A DNA stretch of 64,000 nucleotides, taken from positions 1 to 64,000 of the IMG/VR virus record IMGVR_UViG_3300010429_000664; one strand, 5' to 3'. How positions within the stretch are numbered: the stretch's first letter is position 1; every line of letters starts with the position of its first letter. The position numbers were made by a program, and so were the translations under genes. This document shows positions 47,346 through 56,853 of this stretch, piece by piece. A model generated the notes under the pieces. The model was not told the origin of the DNA. It saw only the letters and a list, made by a program, of their open reading frames with translations, and did no database searches. This DNA is from a virus (lineage: Duplodnaviria > Caudoviricetes).

Positions 47346-48400
47346 ACAGGAATATTCGCTTTTTCGGCTTCAAGACTAACTATATCACGTTGAATGGCTT
47401 CGTGTCTACTAGAAAGATATTTTTCTATTTCCTCTGTTTTTATAATTTTTATACGTATGGAATCTAAATTGGCATAAAGTTCGTGTTGTTGACGTATTTT
47501 TTGAGTATCAACTTCTGGCACTTTGATGTTCTTTATAACCTTTAATTGCACAATAACTTTTAAATAGTTATCATGCAGATTGGTTATATCGTTATACAAC
47601 GAAATCTGCTTTTTTATGTTATCGAAATCGACGACCGGTACGTATATAGATTTAAGAGAATCTAGCTTTATACTGCTTTCAGTGAACCTAGTGAAAGTAT
47701 CTTTTATTCGACTATATAATTCAACCTGTGACTCTATTTTTTGATAAACCTTTTCGGCATTACTGTATATTTGTAAAGCGTAGCTTAACCTATCGGATAA
47801 CGCGGCTATCGTCTTTTCGGTTTCGCCTGTTAACGAGGCGATTTCGTTAGTTTGACGAGATATATTTAACAAATCCTTGTTAAACGACTGAATAACCTTA
47901 TCAGCTATATCGGCTCCTGTTAATTTATTAAAAATTTTCATCCTTTGAATTCCGGACTTCTCCATCAGGAACGGAGATTCCATTTGTCCGGCAATATTCA
48001 GCAGTATATTCTCCTCTTCCGTTTCGAACGGTCTTATTTGCAATACTCGCTGTACGTCTTCTGGTATAGTTTTGTTGATTGCCTCATAAGTTGTGGACTT
48101 GCCATCTGCATGAAGTATGTAAGCATTTTTCTTAGCATTTTTAACTCTTTCTACTTCTACTCCGTTATCTAACGTCAGTTTAACAGAGGTATTTTTCGTT
48201 CCTTCCTTTATAACCGAATCGCCTTTCGGCTCGTTGACCAATACCCACTTAATGGCTCTAATAATAGTTGACTTACCAGCGTCAGAAGCTCCATGAATAA
48301 CATTAAAACCGGATGATAAGTCCAGTTCTAACGTTTCATGTTTTTGGAAGTTTTTAAGGGAAATATGAGTGATATACATTAGATTCTTTGCATTCGACAA
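47318..48400 (-). CDS. Rad50/SbcC N-terminal half ending at the zinc hook
   Basis: LKNFQKH, Walker A GASDAGKS, Q-loop, coiled coil, terminal CPTC. Confidence 0.85.
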   Translation of the reverse strand: MSNAKNLMYITHISLKNFQKHETLELDLSSGFNVIHGASDAGKSTIIRAIKWVLVNEPKGDSVIKEGTKNTSVKLTLDNGVEVERVKNAKKNAYILHADGKSTTYEAINKTIPEDVQRVLQIRPFETEEENILLNIAGQMESPFLMEKSGIQRMKIFNKLTGADIADKVIQSFNKDLLNISRQTNEIASLTGETEKTIAALSDRLSYALQIYSNAEKVYQKIESQVELYSRIKDTFTRFTESSIKLDSLKSIYVPVVDFDNIKKQISLYNDITNLHDNYLKVIVQLKVIKNIKVPEVDTQKIRQQHELYANLDSIRIKIIKTEEIEKYLSSRHEAIQRDIVSLEAEKANIPVCPTCRRPL

Positions 48401-48693
48401 AGAGGAAGAAAATACTGATATCCAGAACCGTGATTCGCTATTTTATTATAATCTACCCAGGATTTCAGAAGCGAACTATAGTGTGCTCCATCTGCTGTTA
48501 CTATTAAAATAGACTGACATCTTTCGTGAGAAAGTTGAGTGATTACGTCTGTTGATATGCCGTATCCTTCATACTTCCTCATATAATGAACCGGTTTAAC
48601 TTCTTTGATAAATACTCCATCCTCAAGCATTCCCGCTGTCACAAACTTGCCCTTCTTCGGGTCTAACGTCCGGATTGGTTTTTTCATCAACAA
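48379..48693 (-). CDS. Hypothetical protein (104 aa)
   Basis: ORF overlapping its neighbours. Confidence 0.6.
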   Translation of the reverse strand: MLMKKPIRTLDPKKGKFVTAGMLEDGVFIKEVKPVHYMRKYEGYGISTDVITQLSHERCQSILIVTADGAHYSSLLKSWVDYNKIANHGSGYQYFLPLCRMQRI

Positions 48694-48895
48694 TCTCCCT
48701 TTTTACAACCTTTAGACATTTACAGGCCAATTTTTCACTTACAGGCATAGATACTATTTTTTCGACTCCATTGCGATTGACGGCCTTTTTACCCATACGA
48801 ACAAACGTTAGATACCCCTTACCGTTGCATCGACGACAATTTGGGTCGGAATAGTATTCCACTTGTTCTTTCTTCTCTGGATTCTGCTCGTCCAC
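48623..48895 (-). CDS. Small CxxCxGxG (DnaJ-type zinc) protein
   Basis: CRRCNGKG...CKC. Confidence 0.55.
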   Translation of the reverse strand: MDEQNPEKKEQVEYYSDPNCRRCNGKGYLTFVRMGKKAVNRNGVEKIVSMPVSEKLACKCLKVVKREIVDEKTNPDVRPEEGQVCDSGNA

Positions 48896-49893
48896 TATTC
48901 ACCTCCGCTGTATAGTTTATTGTTATATATGAATTTCGATTTAATTATTCGTAAGATATCGATTTGAAAAAACCCTCCGTCATAATAGTTAATAATACAA
49001 AATCCTAGTGAGAATTTATTTGGTTGGTTTTTCATAAAGTCCGGATTTTGCGTGGCAAGACACGGCATTGAAATTCCTATAGTACTAAGTTCTTTCGCTG
49101 GACTGTGCATCATCTTGACTTCTAGGGTATGTAAGTGTCCGCTTAAAACATTTCCCATAACCTGTGTTATCATTGATTTGGTTGGATTTTCTCCGCCTTT
49201 CCATCCATGAAATATATTCAATTTACCTACTTTTTCGATATGATTCTGTTCTTCGTACACTATATATCCTCGTTCTTTAAGTTTGAGATTCGGTATAACA
49301 TTTATTAAGCCGTCTAATTGTGGCATTTTTTCTAGAACATCTTCAACAAACCTTTCGTGATTTCCCATCCAGAAACGTTTATCACATCCAACGGGAAGTC
49401 TTTTATCAAATTCGTCGAGTAAACGATTGCCTTCTTTATACTCAAACTCTAGTCGCTTGCCTTCTAGTGTTTTATTTTTATGTTTATCGTGTAACCAATG
49501 ACTAACGCTTTCACATTCCAAAAAGTCTCCAAGAATAAAAAAACCGTCGAATTTAATGTCTTCGGTTAGTTTTAGAATAGCCTTAATAGATTTTTGGTCT
49601 TCGTGTGGAACGTGAGTATCCGCTATGACAAGATATTGCTTAAACTCTTTTTTATTTGTTTTAGCCGAACTTTTTACAATATTCCAATCGACGGGTGTAA
49701 AGTCGATTTCTCTTTTAATTGGAAATGAAACTGTTTTGGATGTTAAAATTTCTGACCTGGCTTTGATTTTCTTTTTGAGTCTAAGTTGAGCAAGCAATCT
49801 TTGAATGGAGCGTTCAGAGGTATTAAAAATCTCGGCAAGTTCTAAGTCACTTTTACCGGTCTCGTATAAAGCTATCAGCACTTTTTCATCCAT
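48895..49893 (-). CDS. Metallophosphoesterase with N-terminal HTH
   Basis: DTH, GDFLE, GNHE, HG, GHLH. Confidence 0.8.
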   Translation of the reverse strand: MDEKVLIALYETGKSDLELAEIFNTSERSIQRLLAQLRLKKKIKARSEILTSKTVSFPIKREIDFTPVDWNIVKSSAKTNKKEFKQYLVIADTHVPHEDQKSIKAILKLTEDIKFDGFFILGDFLECESVSHWLHDKHKNKTLEGKRLEFEYKEGNRLLDEFDKRLPVGCDKRFWMGNHERFVEDVLEKMPQLDGLINVIPNLKLKERGYIVYEEQNHIEKVGKLNIFHGWKGGENPTKSMITQVMGNVLSGHLHTLEVKMMHSPAKELSTIGISMPCLATQNPDFMKNQPNKFSLGFCIINYYDGGFFQIDILRIIKSKFIYNNKLYSGGE

Positions 49894-49902
49894 AAATACC
49901 TC

Positions 49903-50532
49903 TCAGTTATGACTATACTTTAAAAGGCCCAAAGTTTTTAAATCCTGTTCCATTAGAACCGTTAGTTTAATACTCGGATAAGCTATTCTAAACGTTTTTA
50001 TTTTTTCCATACTATTTCTATACCAATAGCCTTTTATTTCGATATACTCATTTGTTTCAGGTAAATAGAAATCCGGTCTATAGGTCGTTGGTTTATGGTT
50101 AATCAACAGTTCAAAGGTTTTAGGCTCGTAAATCCACTTAATATTATTCGTATCTAAATATTGCGCGTATTTAACTTCCCATGATGAACGCATATAGATG
50201 CTTTTATAATAGATGCCAGATGTAAAAGGAGCGACACTGCCAAACAAACGATTATTTTTACCGCTGTAAAACTTATAGTTGCACTTTGCACATCTAACAG
50301 TGTTTTCGTAAAAAGCTAATTTATGCAACTCTTTGCCACAGTCAATACAAAATTTCATTCTACCATTTTTGCCACCCTTCCATCTCCAGTGGTTTGTTCC
50401 CTTTTGACGTTTGCTTCTTTCGATAGGAGCGTGTTTTCTGCATCTTTTACTTCCTGATGTATGAGCCGTTCGCCCTAGCTGTTTTCCGCAGTCGATACAA
50501 TAAATAATAGGGCGTTTATTAGGCCATCTCAT
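49903..50532 (-). mobile_element. Zinc-ribbon-repeat PD-(D/E)xK endonuclease (homing-endonuclease-like)
   Basis: CIDCGK x2; SSWE..YA.YLD, YEPKTF, YRPDF, IEIKG. Confidence 0.7.
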
Positions 50533-50810
50533 TTACGCCTCACTTCGATATCAGCTACTATGTAATACATGTTGTTTTCGTTAGCAGGTAAAGAAATAAT
50601 TAGTTTCGGGAGTTTATTATTATCTAACGAGTTATTCCAAAGTTTGTCGAGGATTTCCTTAGTAATTGAAAATGATTTCTTATCAGTAGTTTTACATTCG
50701 ATAAAATGTGTTTCGGTCGATAAATCAGACTTATCCCACGATAAAGCCCCAGAATTAATTGATTTCTGGCACTTATCTTCGAATTTTTGTCCTTTACGTT
50801 TATTATTCAT
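50529..50810 (-). CDS. Small PD-(D/E)xK nuclease (resolvase-like)
   Basis: KG..FE, SG...D, D....IECK.T. Confidence 0.6.
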   Translation of the reverse strand: MNNKRKGQKFEDKCQKSINSGALSWDKSDLSTETHFIECKTTDKKSFSITKEILDKLWNNSLDNNKLPKLIISLPANENNMYYIVADIEVRRK

Positions 50811-51076
50811 GCCCACAATCCTTCTTGTCCAAATGCCGGACAATCTCTCAAATATGTTACTCTCTTTAGTGCTTTTGGCATTTTCGATAACTTACGCAGA
50901 TAATAAAATTTTTCAATCCCTAGGATACTAAACCTACAAATTTTAATAAAAACTTGTTTATTCTGAATATTATTTTTCCACATGCGTTTATATTCTTCTG
51001 CCATTGACTTAGATAAAAATTTTTTCAGAGGGGTACGGTCAATAACTCTGGTATTACCTCTGTATTCGCTAGACAT
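50807..51076 (-). CDS. Hypothetical basic protein
   Basis: ATG at 51076 after GAGG. Confidence 0.5.
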   Translation of the reverse strand: MSSEYRGNTRVIDRTPLKKFLSKSMAEEYKRMWKNNIQNKQVFIKICRFSILGIEKFYYLRKLSKMPKALKRVTYLRDCPAFGQEGLWA

Positions 51077-51093
51077 ATTACCTCTTATATATT

Positions 51094-51187
51094 TGGCTGT
51101 GAGAGTTGGATTTGAACCCACATTTAGGTTTCCTCAACCTCGTCTTATAGTAGTGGGCAATTACTATTCTACTTAGACCATCTCGCA
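51094..51187 (-). ncRNA. Atypical tRNA-like element (expanded D-loop, 5-nt anticodon loop)
   Basis: TGCGAGA/TCTCACA acceptor, G discriminator, CCA; GTGGG-TTCAAAT-CCAAC; AGGTT-GAGGA-AACCT; GTCT/AGAC enclosing an extra ATAGTA/TACTAT hairpin. Confidence 0.6.
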
Positions 51188-51286
51188 GTTTATAAGGGCC
51201 GACTGTATGTTGACTCTATAGTTGGTCTGGTAATACCCTACAGCTAGGTGGAGTTATGTTCTCTCTTTGCCACCGGCCCAATTATT

Positions 51287-51493
51287 TTATCTACGACTGG
51301 GTTCCGGACGTTCTCCCTCAACAGGAGGTTCTTCCTTTTCAATAGGAGGCATCATCAACACCTGAAGTTTGTTAATGAGAACGTTCTTCAGTTTCTCAAG
51401 TTCGTCATACTTTGCTCGAAGTTCTGCCTGAAGCTTTAGAATATCAAATAGTTCAACCTTTAATCCGTCCATTGTTAGTTGAGTATCTTCCAT
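51287..51493 (-). CDS. Small coiled-coil protein
   Basis: SD AGGAG; follows the promoter at 51513-51542. Confidence 0.6.
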   Translation of the reverse strand: MEDTQLTMDGLKVELFDILKLQAELRAKYDELEKLKNVLINKLQVLMMPPIEKEEPPVEGERPEPSRR

Positions 51494-51512
51494 AGTTTTC
51501 TCCTTTTTCTAT

Positions 51513-51542
51513 ATGATAGCATATTTACTGTTTAGGTGTCAA
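51513..51542 (-). promoter_or_regulatory. Sigma70-type promoter
   Basis: TTGACAC, 18-nt spacer, TGnTATCAT. Confidence 0.7.
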
Positions 51543-52036
51543 TCATTAAAATGAGCAAAATACTTACGAAATAAATTCCATCCACGATTATAAATAGCAA
51601 CCTCCTGTTCTGATAGAATTTTAAAATCGCCTTTCACTTTGTTAAATTGTTTTCTTTCCTTATTATTTTTTGGTATTAAACACTGACCTTCCATCTGCAT
51701 CTTTTCGACTTGAAATGTATAGATAACGTCTACAATAGCGTTTTCCCATTCTATTTCATCTTTAAAATCGCTCGGATAAGTAAAAGAGTCTCGTTTAAAC
51801 TGCTGCAATCCTTTGGATATGATATTTGCTAAATAATAATCGAAGTTCCATAAGTCTCTATCTCCATATCCTCTGACTCCTCTTTGGTAGAAACGGTAGA
51901 CTTCTTTACAATAATCTACAATTAAAAACCACGCTCTTTGTGGAAAATATAGAATATGATGATACCATTTAAGTTTAAATATCATCTTAAACGTGGTGCT
52001 ATTGATTTCTACTTCATTCGTTTTCTTCGTCATCAA
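51539..52036 (-). CDS. Hypothetical protein (165 aa)
   Basis: ORF with SD GGAGG. Confidence 0.7.
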   Translation of the reverse strand: MMTKKTNEVEINSTTFKMIFKLKWYHHILYFPQRAWFLIVDYCKEVYRFYQRGVRGYGDRDLWNFDYYLANIISKGLQQFKRDSFTYPSDFKDEIEWENAIVDVIYTFQVEKMQMEGQCLIPKNNKERKQFNKVKGDFKILSEQEVAIYNRGWNLFRKYFAHFND

Positions 52037-52167
52037 ACTCCTCCGGGTCTGCTAGAATTTCGTTTACATTTAATTTTTTACGTTTGTATTTCTTTTTGCT
52101 GTGTTTGACCCTAGTTACAGGATTTATACCCCACTCCTTACGAACGCTGTTATAAGCATCCAACTGC

Positions 52168-55100
52168 TCACTCATCTTCGGCATCTCCTTCTTTTACTTT
52201 TATACCAAATTCTTTAAGTAGGTCTGCCTTCCATCCCAAAGCCACGAAGATTTTCTCGATTTTTGTGTGAATATTACGCGATATCATTTTTGGCCAATTA
52301 ACCTTTGCCGTCTCAATATGTGAAAAGCACTCGTCATCGAATGCAAGCACGTCTTTTTTAGTAGTAACTGATTTGACTAGAGATTTTAATTCGTATTTAT
52401 TTAAATCTCCGTTTCCTTTCATCAATTCTTTCTTATCAGCTATAGTGCATTTTTTACCTGTATCTTTATTAAAATACCAAGGCATCTCAACTTCTTCTGT
52501 TACTGAACCTCCATCTGCGTAGATATAATAAAACGAGGAACCGCTGACCGGTTTAAATTCAGGCGTGTTATCGATTGCCCGCAAAAAAATCGGCACGTTC
52601 TTATATGCCTCCCGTGGTTTACTAATCTTGCAGGGAAAGGCGACGTTTGACAACGGCTCCTCGGTTATTTTCTTTTCCTGTTCTTTTATCCACGCTATTA
52701 TTTCTCCCTTGGGTTTATCATTTAGAATTAGTTCAATCAATTCTGTCTGAAATTTTTTCATAAACGTTGAACTATTTCCACTCCAATACGATTTTCCGTT
52801 TCTCATTACAAAAATAGTATGATGAGGTTCAACTTCTACACAATATATTTTTCCTTTATAATATTTGGTTTTTATTTTGTGAGGTTCTATCGTAAAAAAC
52901 TTGTTTGAATTTTCCGATATTTTATAATGTATTCCTCCTACATTTGCCCAATGGTCTACAATCCATTTTTGATGGGGTTCTACTATAATACGCTGTATTG
53001 TTGCGCTTATACCGGTTTTGCAAATAATTTCGTGAAGGTCGTGAGCCATCTGTTTGCTACTAGTAGTATAGAATTTTTGATTGTTGATAATATAACCATC
53101 TCCAGCGCAATAGGCATCCAATAATATTTGAAGCAAATCAGGACTGGCTTGTTTTGCATACGTTGGAATTAATTTATTTTCTGCGTGTTTACCATATTTG
53201 TTTAATTCCAACGCTAAAAGTTTATCTTTTATTTGATATTTTGTTTCCTCTTTATCTCTATAAAAATAAATACCTAATTTCAAAAGCAGTTTTTCAATTT
53301 GTCTGCACTTGTCAGGATTGGCGTTTTCTGATTGTGCTATATCTATTTCATAGATATTTTTTTGTTCGTTTATATAGACGTTTCCCTCACTTAAATACCA
53401 ACCGAGCAATTCGAACCAATCCGAAAGGTCTATAGATTTTTCGTTGTATTGTCGGCGTACCAATCCGGTTAAAGTAATTTTACTACCTAAATTTACTCCG
53501 GTCCATTTAAAATATTTCTGAGATGTGAAAACTGTTTTGGTGTGTTTGATATCTTTAATTGACTTAAATTTGTCGTGGTCGTTTTGAGAGTATTGGGCGG
53601 TTCTTTGGAGAAACTGGTGATTTGGTGTCACACAGAAATCTACGGATGTATTGTTGTAATTAAACATCGTTCCGGTATAATCTTCGCAAATTATTTTTTT
53701 AATCGGGTAATAATCCGCTAAATTAGTATGTGGATTTAAACTAAGCACCTTATCGTTTAAGGTCAAATCTTTAAACAAAGTCCATCCTTTATCAGTTAAA
53801 ACTTTAGTTTGACCGTCGAAACAGTCCTTGCGTTTCATTTCCACGCCTTTTACAACCTTTTTCAGTTCTCCCTTCTCATTACGCAAGTATCCTACATATC
53901 GGCACTTAGCTAGAATTAATATCTTTTCAAAAACGCCTTCATACGCGAACTGAATATTGACTTCTGGTTTTCCAAAAGTTTGGCCCCATTCTTTTATGAG
54001 GTTGTTCATTAGGTCGGTTAAATTGTCGTTTGAACAGACGTATACGCTATCCGTATCTATATATAGAACTTCGTATCCCTTTTCGGCAAGTTTGTCTTGT
54101 ACAAAATGCAATAGACTTCTGACTAGCCATGTCGTTCCTCCTGCTACATTTAAATCAAAAAGTCTAAAGAATCGCATACCAAACGTGCCATAATGAGCAT
54201 TCACGCACGATTTAATAGCAGCATATCGTATTTCATTTTCTTTATATTCGGGAGTATCGACCGCGCACGATTCTAAATCGTTTTTAATTTTCGACTTCAA
54301 TTGAACTGCCTTCCTCATAATTGTAGGCAGTAGGGCTTTGTCATTTTGCTTAAACCATACGTCGTTTATTTTTATACAACCTTCTTCGTATACTTGCCTC
54401 ACGTTGGCCGGGTCTAGACAGAAATTTATAATAGCCCAGGGATAAGCAGAGCCAATGTCAAATGCTGAAATCCCGTTAAACTTTCCGGTTTTAAACGCAA
54501 CTCGATAAGCTCCTTCAAACTCTTGTCGCTCTTCGTCTTCATTAACAACCGGTTTATTAGGTAGAACAACCTTCTGCTGTTTAGCTTCCATAAGTAACAA
54601 ATTATCTACTACTCGGCTGTAGAAAGTCATAGACTCCCAATCTACTTTGCTAAGTCGTCTTATTTCATCGTGAAACTCCACCAGTTTAAACTTATTTTCT
54701 AGATTCATTAGGATTTGAACGTCTTCTTGATTACGATACTTAACCTCATCGGATATTTTATTAAAATCGACTTTAGAAAAGGTTTTACCAACTCCAAGAT
54801 GTTTTTTTGCAATATGGTCAAGTGTATACTGTTCTTCTTTATTAAGCGTTATTTTTTTAAACCAACTCAGATAATCAACTATGGAAGTTCCTATTGGGTA
54901 CATTACTCCGTCTTTTCCGTATCGAGATTTGCCGACCGGACTAATAGCCTCTGCAAACGACTTTGACTTACGAACACCAAATAGACGTTCCCATCTAGCA
55001 GACAGATACGGTATATCGAAATCAATATTCCATGCCATTAATATGTCAAACGCTTCTAGTTTCAAGTATTCGGCAAATGATTGAAGCATTAACTCTTCAT

Positions 55101-55533
55101 CGTTGTTGAATTCAGGAAGAAAAAAGGTCGTTATCTCATCACAAAAATTTGAAATCACTGATATGCAGGATATCTTGAATTTAGGATTTTCAGCGGAAGG
55201 TAATTCGGAACACTTCATTTCTACGTCAAAAAAACCGAATTTAATCGCGGTCTTATCTAGAGTATCTACTTTGTCTATTAAGTATCTTTGTGGAAAGCTC
55301 ACGTCACTTTCATAAGCGTCGTGACCGGCAGATTTACGCATTTCATTTGGGTCTCCTCCTAGTATTTTACGAAGAGGTTGGCCGGTGTAGGATTTGCAAG
55401 TTCCTGTGGAAGCGTAGGATACGTAATAGTATGGATAGAAGTCGTTTACTTCCTCTATCGATTGTACACCATTCGAGTCGCGTTTAAAAATATATAGCAA
55501 ACGCTTATCATTGTGCAAATTGACAATGTTCAT
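52168..55533 (-). CDS. polB: Family B DNA polymerase, intein-containing
   Basis: Exo motifs FFDVE, AWNIDFD, Y...D; polymerase motifs D..SAYP, K..VNAHYG, YIDTDS, KGVE. Confidence 0.93.
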   Translation of the reverse strand: MNIVNLHNDKRLLYIFKRDSNGVQSIEEVNDFYPYYYVSYASTGTCKSYTGQPLRKILGGDPNEMRKSAGHDAYESDVSFPQRYLIDKVDTLDKTAIKFGFFDVEMKCSELPSAENPKFKISCISVISNFCDEITTFFLPEFNNDEELMLQSFAEYLKLEAFDILMAWNIDFDIPYLSARWERLFGVRKSKSFAEAISPVGKSRYGKDGVMYPIGTSIVDYLSWFKKITLNKEEQYTLDHIAKKHLGVGKTFSKVDFNKISDEVKYRNQEDVQILMNLENKFKLVEFHDEIRRLSKVDWESMTFYSRVVDNLLLMEAKQQKVVLPNKPVVNEDEERQEFEGAYRVAFKTGKFNGISAFDIGSAYPWAIINFCLDPANVRQVYEEGCIKINDVWFKQNDKALLPTIMRKAVQLKSKIKNDLESCAVDTPEYKENEIRYAAIKSCVNAHYGTFGMRFFRLFDLNVAGGTTWLVRSLLHFVQDKLAEKGYEVLYIDTDSVYVCSNDNLTDLMNNLIKEWGQTFGKPEVNIQFAYEGVFEKILILAKCRYVGYLRNEKGELKKVVKGVEMKRKDCFDGQTKVLTDKGWTLFKDLTLNDKVLSLNPHTNLADYYPIKKIICEDYTGTMFNYNNTSVDFCVTPNHQFLQRTAQYSQNDHDKFKSIKDIKHTKTVFTSQKYFKWTGVNLGSKITLTGLVRRQYNEKSIDLSDWFELLGWYLSEGNVYINEQKNIYEIDIAQSENANPDKCRQIEKLLLKLGIYFYRDKEETKYQIKDKLLALELNKYGKHAENKLIPTYAKQASPDLLQILLDAYCAGDGYIINNQKFYTTSSKQMAHDLHEIICKTGISATIQRIIVEPHQKWIVDHWANVGGIHYKISENSNKFFTIEPHKIKTKYYKGKIYCVEVEPHHTIFVMRNGKSYWSGNSSTFMKKFQTELIELILNDKPKGEIIAWIKEQEKKITEEPLSNVAFPCKISKPREAYKNVPIFLRAIDNTPEFKPVSGSSFYYIYADGGSVTEEVEMPWYFNKDTGKKCTIADKKELMKGNGDLNKYELKSLVKSVTTKKDVLAFDDECFSHIETAKVNWPKMISRNIHTKIEKIFVALGWKADLLKEFGIKVKEGDAEDE
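52774..53823 (-). mobile_element. Intein (350 aa) with LAGLIDADG endonuclease in PolB
   Basis: Begins CFDGQT, block B VTPNHQF, LLGWYLSEG and LDAYCAGDG, block F YCVEV, ends Gly-Asn before Ser. Confidence 0.9.
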
Positions 55534-55545
55534 GGTATAACTATA

Positions 55546-56094
55546 TCACTTTTGCTCTCTGGTGTCAAGCACTTGAATAACTTGTTGTACCAGTAAGGTT
55601 GGGTCGGACTCCTGAATCATTACAAACTTAGAATAAGGTTTGCGTATTTTTTCGGCAATGCTCCAGGCTAGGTCGCATATTCCACCTGAACCTTCTAAAA
55701 TTCCAATTACAAGGTCTAGTTCTAAACTCAATGCTAGTTCGTGATTTGTTCCTGTCATTCCTCCTATGACAATACATCCGTCACATGCTTTAACGTTGAT
55801 AACGTCTCTTTGAACAAAATCTGACCCAGTATAAATAACATCTTCGTTATTCTGTGGCGGTAAATGATATTTTTCTACATGTTCTTTGAGATTTCGAGCT
55901 GGTGAAAACGACAAAGTTTTTCCATTACAATTTCGCGCTCCGTCTACCGCAGCACCGGGTAAACCGTAGCAGCACCCCGTGACAACGACTTGTTTATGAG
56001 CAGCGAGCGTTTTACCAACTTGATAAGCTTTTGCCATTAAATCTAAATCTGTCGATTCCCCGCTTCCAAAAACTCCCAATTTATAAATCTTCAT
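55546..56094 (-). CDS. SLOG/LOG-family nucleotide-binding Rossmann protein
   Basis: GVFGS, VVTG..YG.P.A...GA, R....V..CDG.I.IGG..GT..EL. Confidence 0.8.
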   Translation of the reverse strand: MKIYKLGVFGSGESTDLDLMAKAYQVGKTLAAHKQVVVTGCCYGLPGAAVDGARNCNGKTLSFSPARNLKEHVEKYHLPPQNNEDVIYTGSDFVQRDVINVKACDGCIVIGGMTGTNHELALSLELDLVIGILEGSGGICDLAWSIAEKIRKPYSKFVMIQESDPTLLVQQVIQVLDTREQK

Positions 56095-56599
56095 TTAGTT
56101 TCTCCCATAAGTATTTCCATTTCCGACCCGTAACAATAGCGGAAATTGTTTTTTCACTGACACGATATTGTTTTGCTAATACCGCTTGCGTGTATTTTCC
56201 AGTGGCATATATTTCTATAATCTCTATTACTTCATGTTCCTTCAGTTTAGCAGATTTTTTGCATTCTCCTTTTGCCTGTCTATTTTTCTTTTTCATATCG
56301 GCAATATTGGTTTGAAAGGTTCCTAAAAATAAATGTTCAGGATTAACACATTTGCGGTTATCGCATTTATGACATACATACAAATCCGGAGGAATTGGTC
56401 CTCGATGAATTTCCCAGGATAAACGTGAGACTGTAATCGTCTTTTGGCAAACTCGTAGATTGCCATAACCGCTAGAATTTAAACATCCGGTCCACTCCCA
56501 ACAACCGGTTGTTTTGTCTAATTTAACACGTTTGAATAATCTGTTTTTAATTTTATTTATATTCGACGGCAAGTTATCGTAGTTTTTAATCGATTTCAT
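56081..56599 (-). mobile_element. Free-standing HNH endonuclease with C-terminal HTH
   Basis: CWEWTG...GYG, VCHKCDNRKCVNPEHLFLGT...N..D. Confidence 0.9.
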
Positions 56600-56853
56600 A
56601 GACCGATAGCCAACCTTTCTTCTATCTCAAATACTTCTGGGTAAACTTCTCTAAAATATTCTATAATAAAACGAGTTCCCATAGATAACGGGTCTGCTTC
56701 TATTTCTATTATTCTTGCGTCCAAATGTTCAAATCCTTCTTCAAACCCTATTTGCTCTACAAGTTTATTTTCAATAAGCATTTTTCTGTTACGAAAACTA
56801 CCAACCAACATTTCACTATGATTTAAAGTTATGATTGCTATCATAACTGACAT
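56596..56853 (-). CDS. Hypothetical protein (85 aa)
   Basis: ORF overlapping its neighbours. Confidence 0.6.
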   Translation of the reverse strand: MSVMIAIITLNHSEMLVGSFRNRKMLIENKLVEQIGFEEGFEHLDARIIEIEADPLSMGTRFIIEYFREVYPEVFEIEERLAIGL

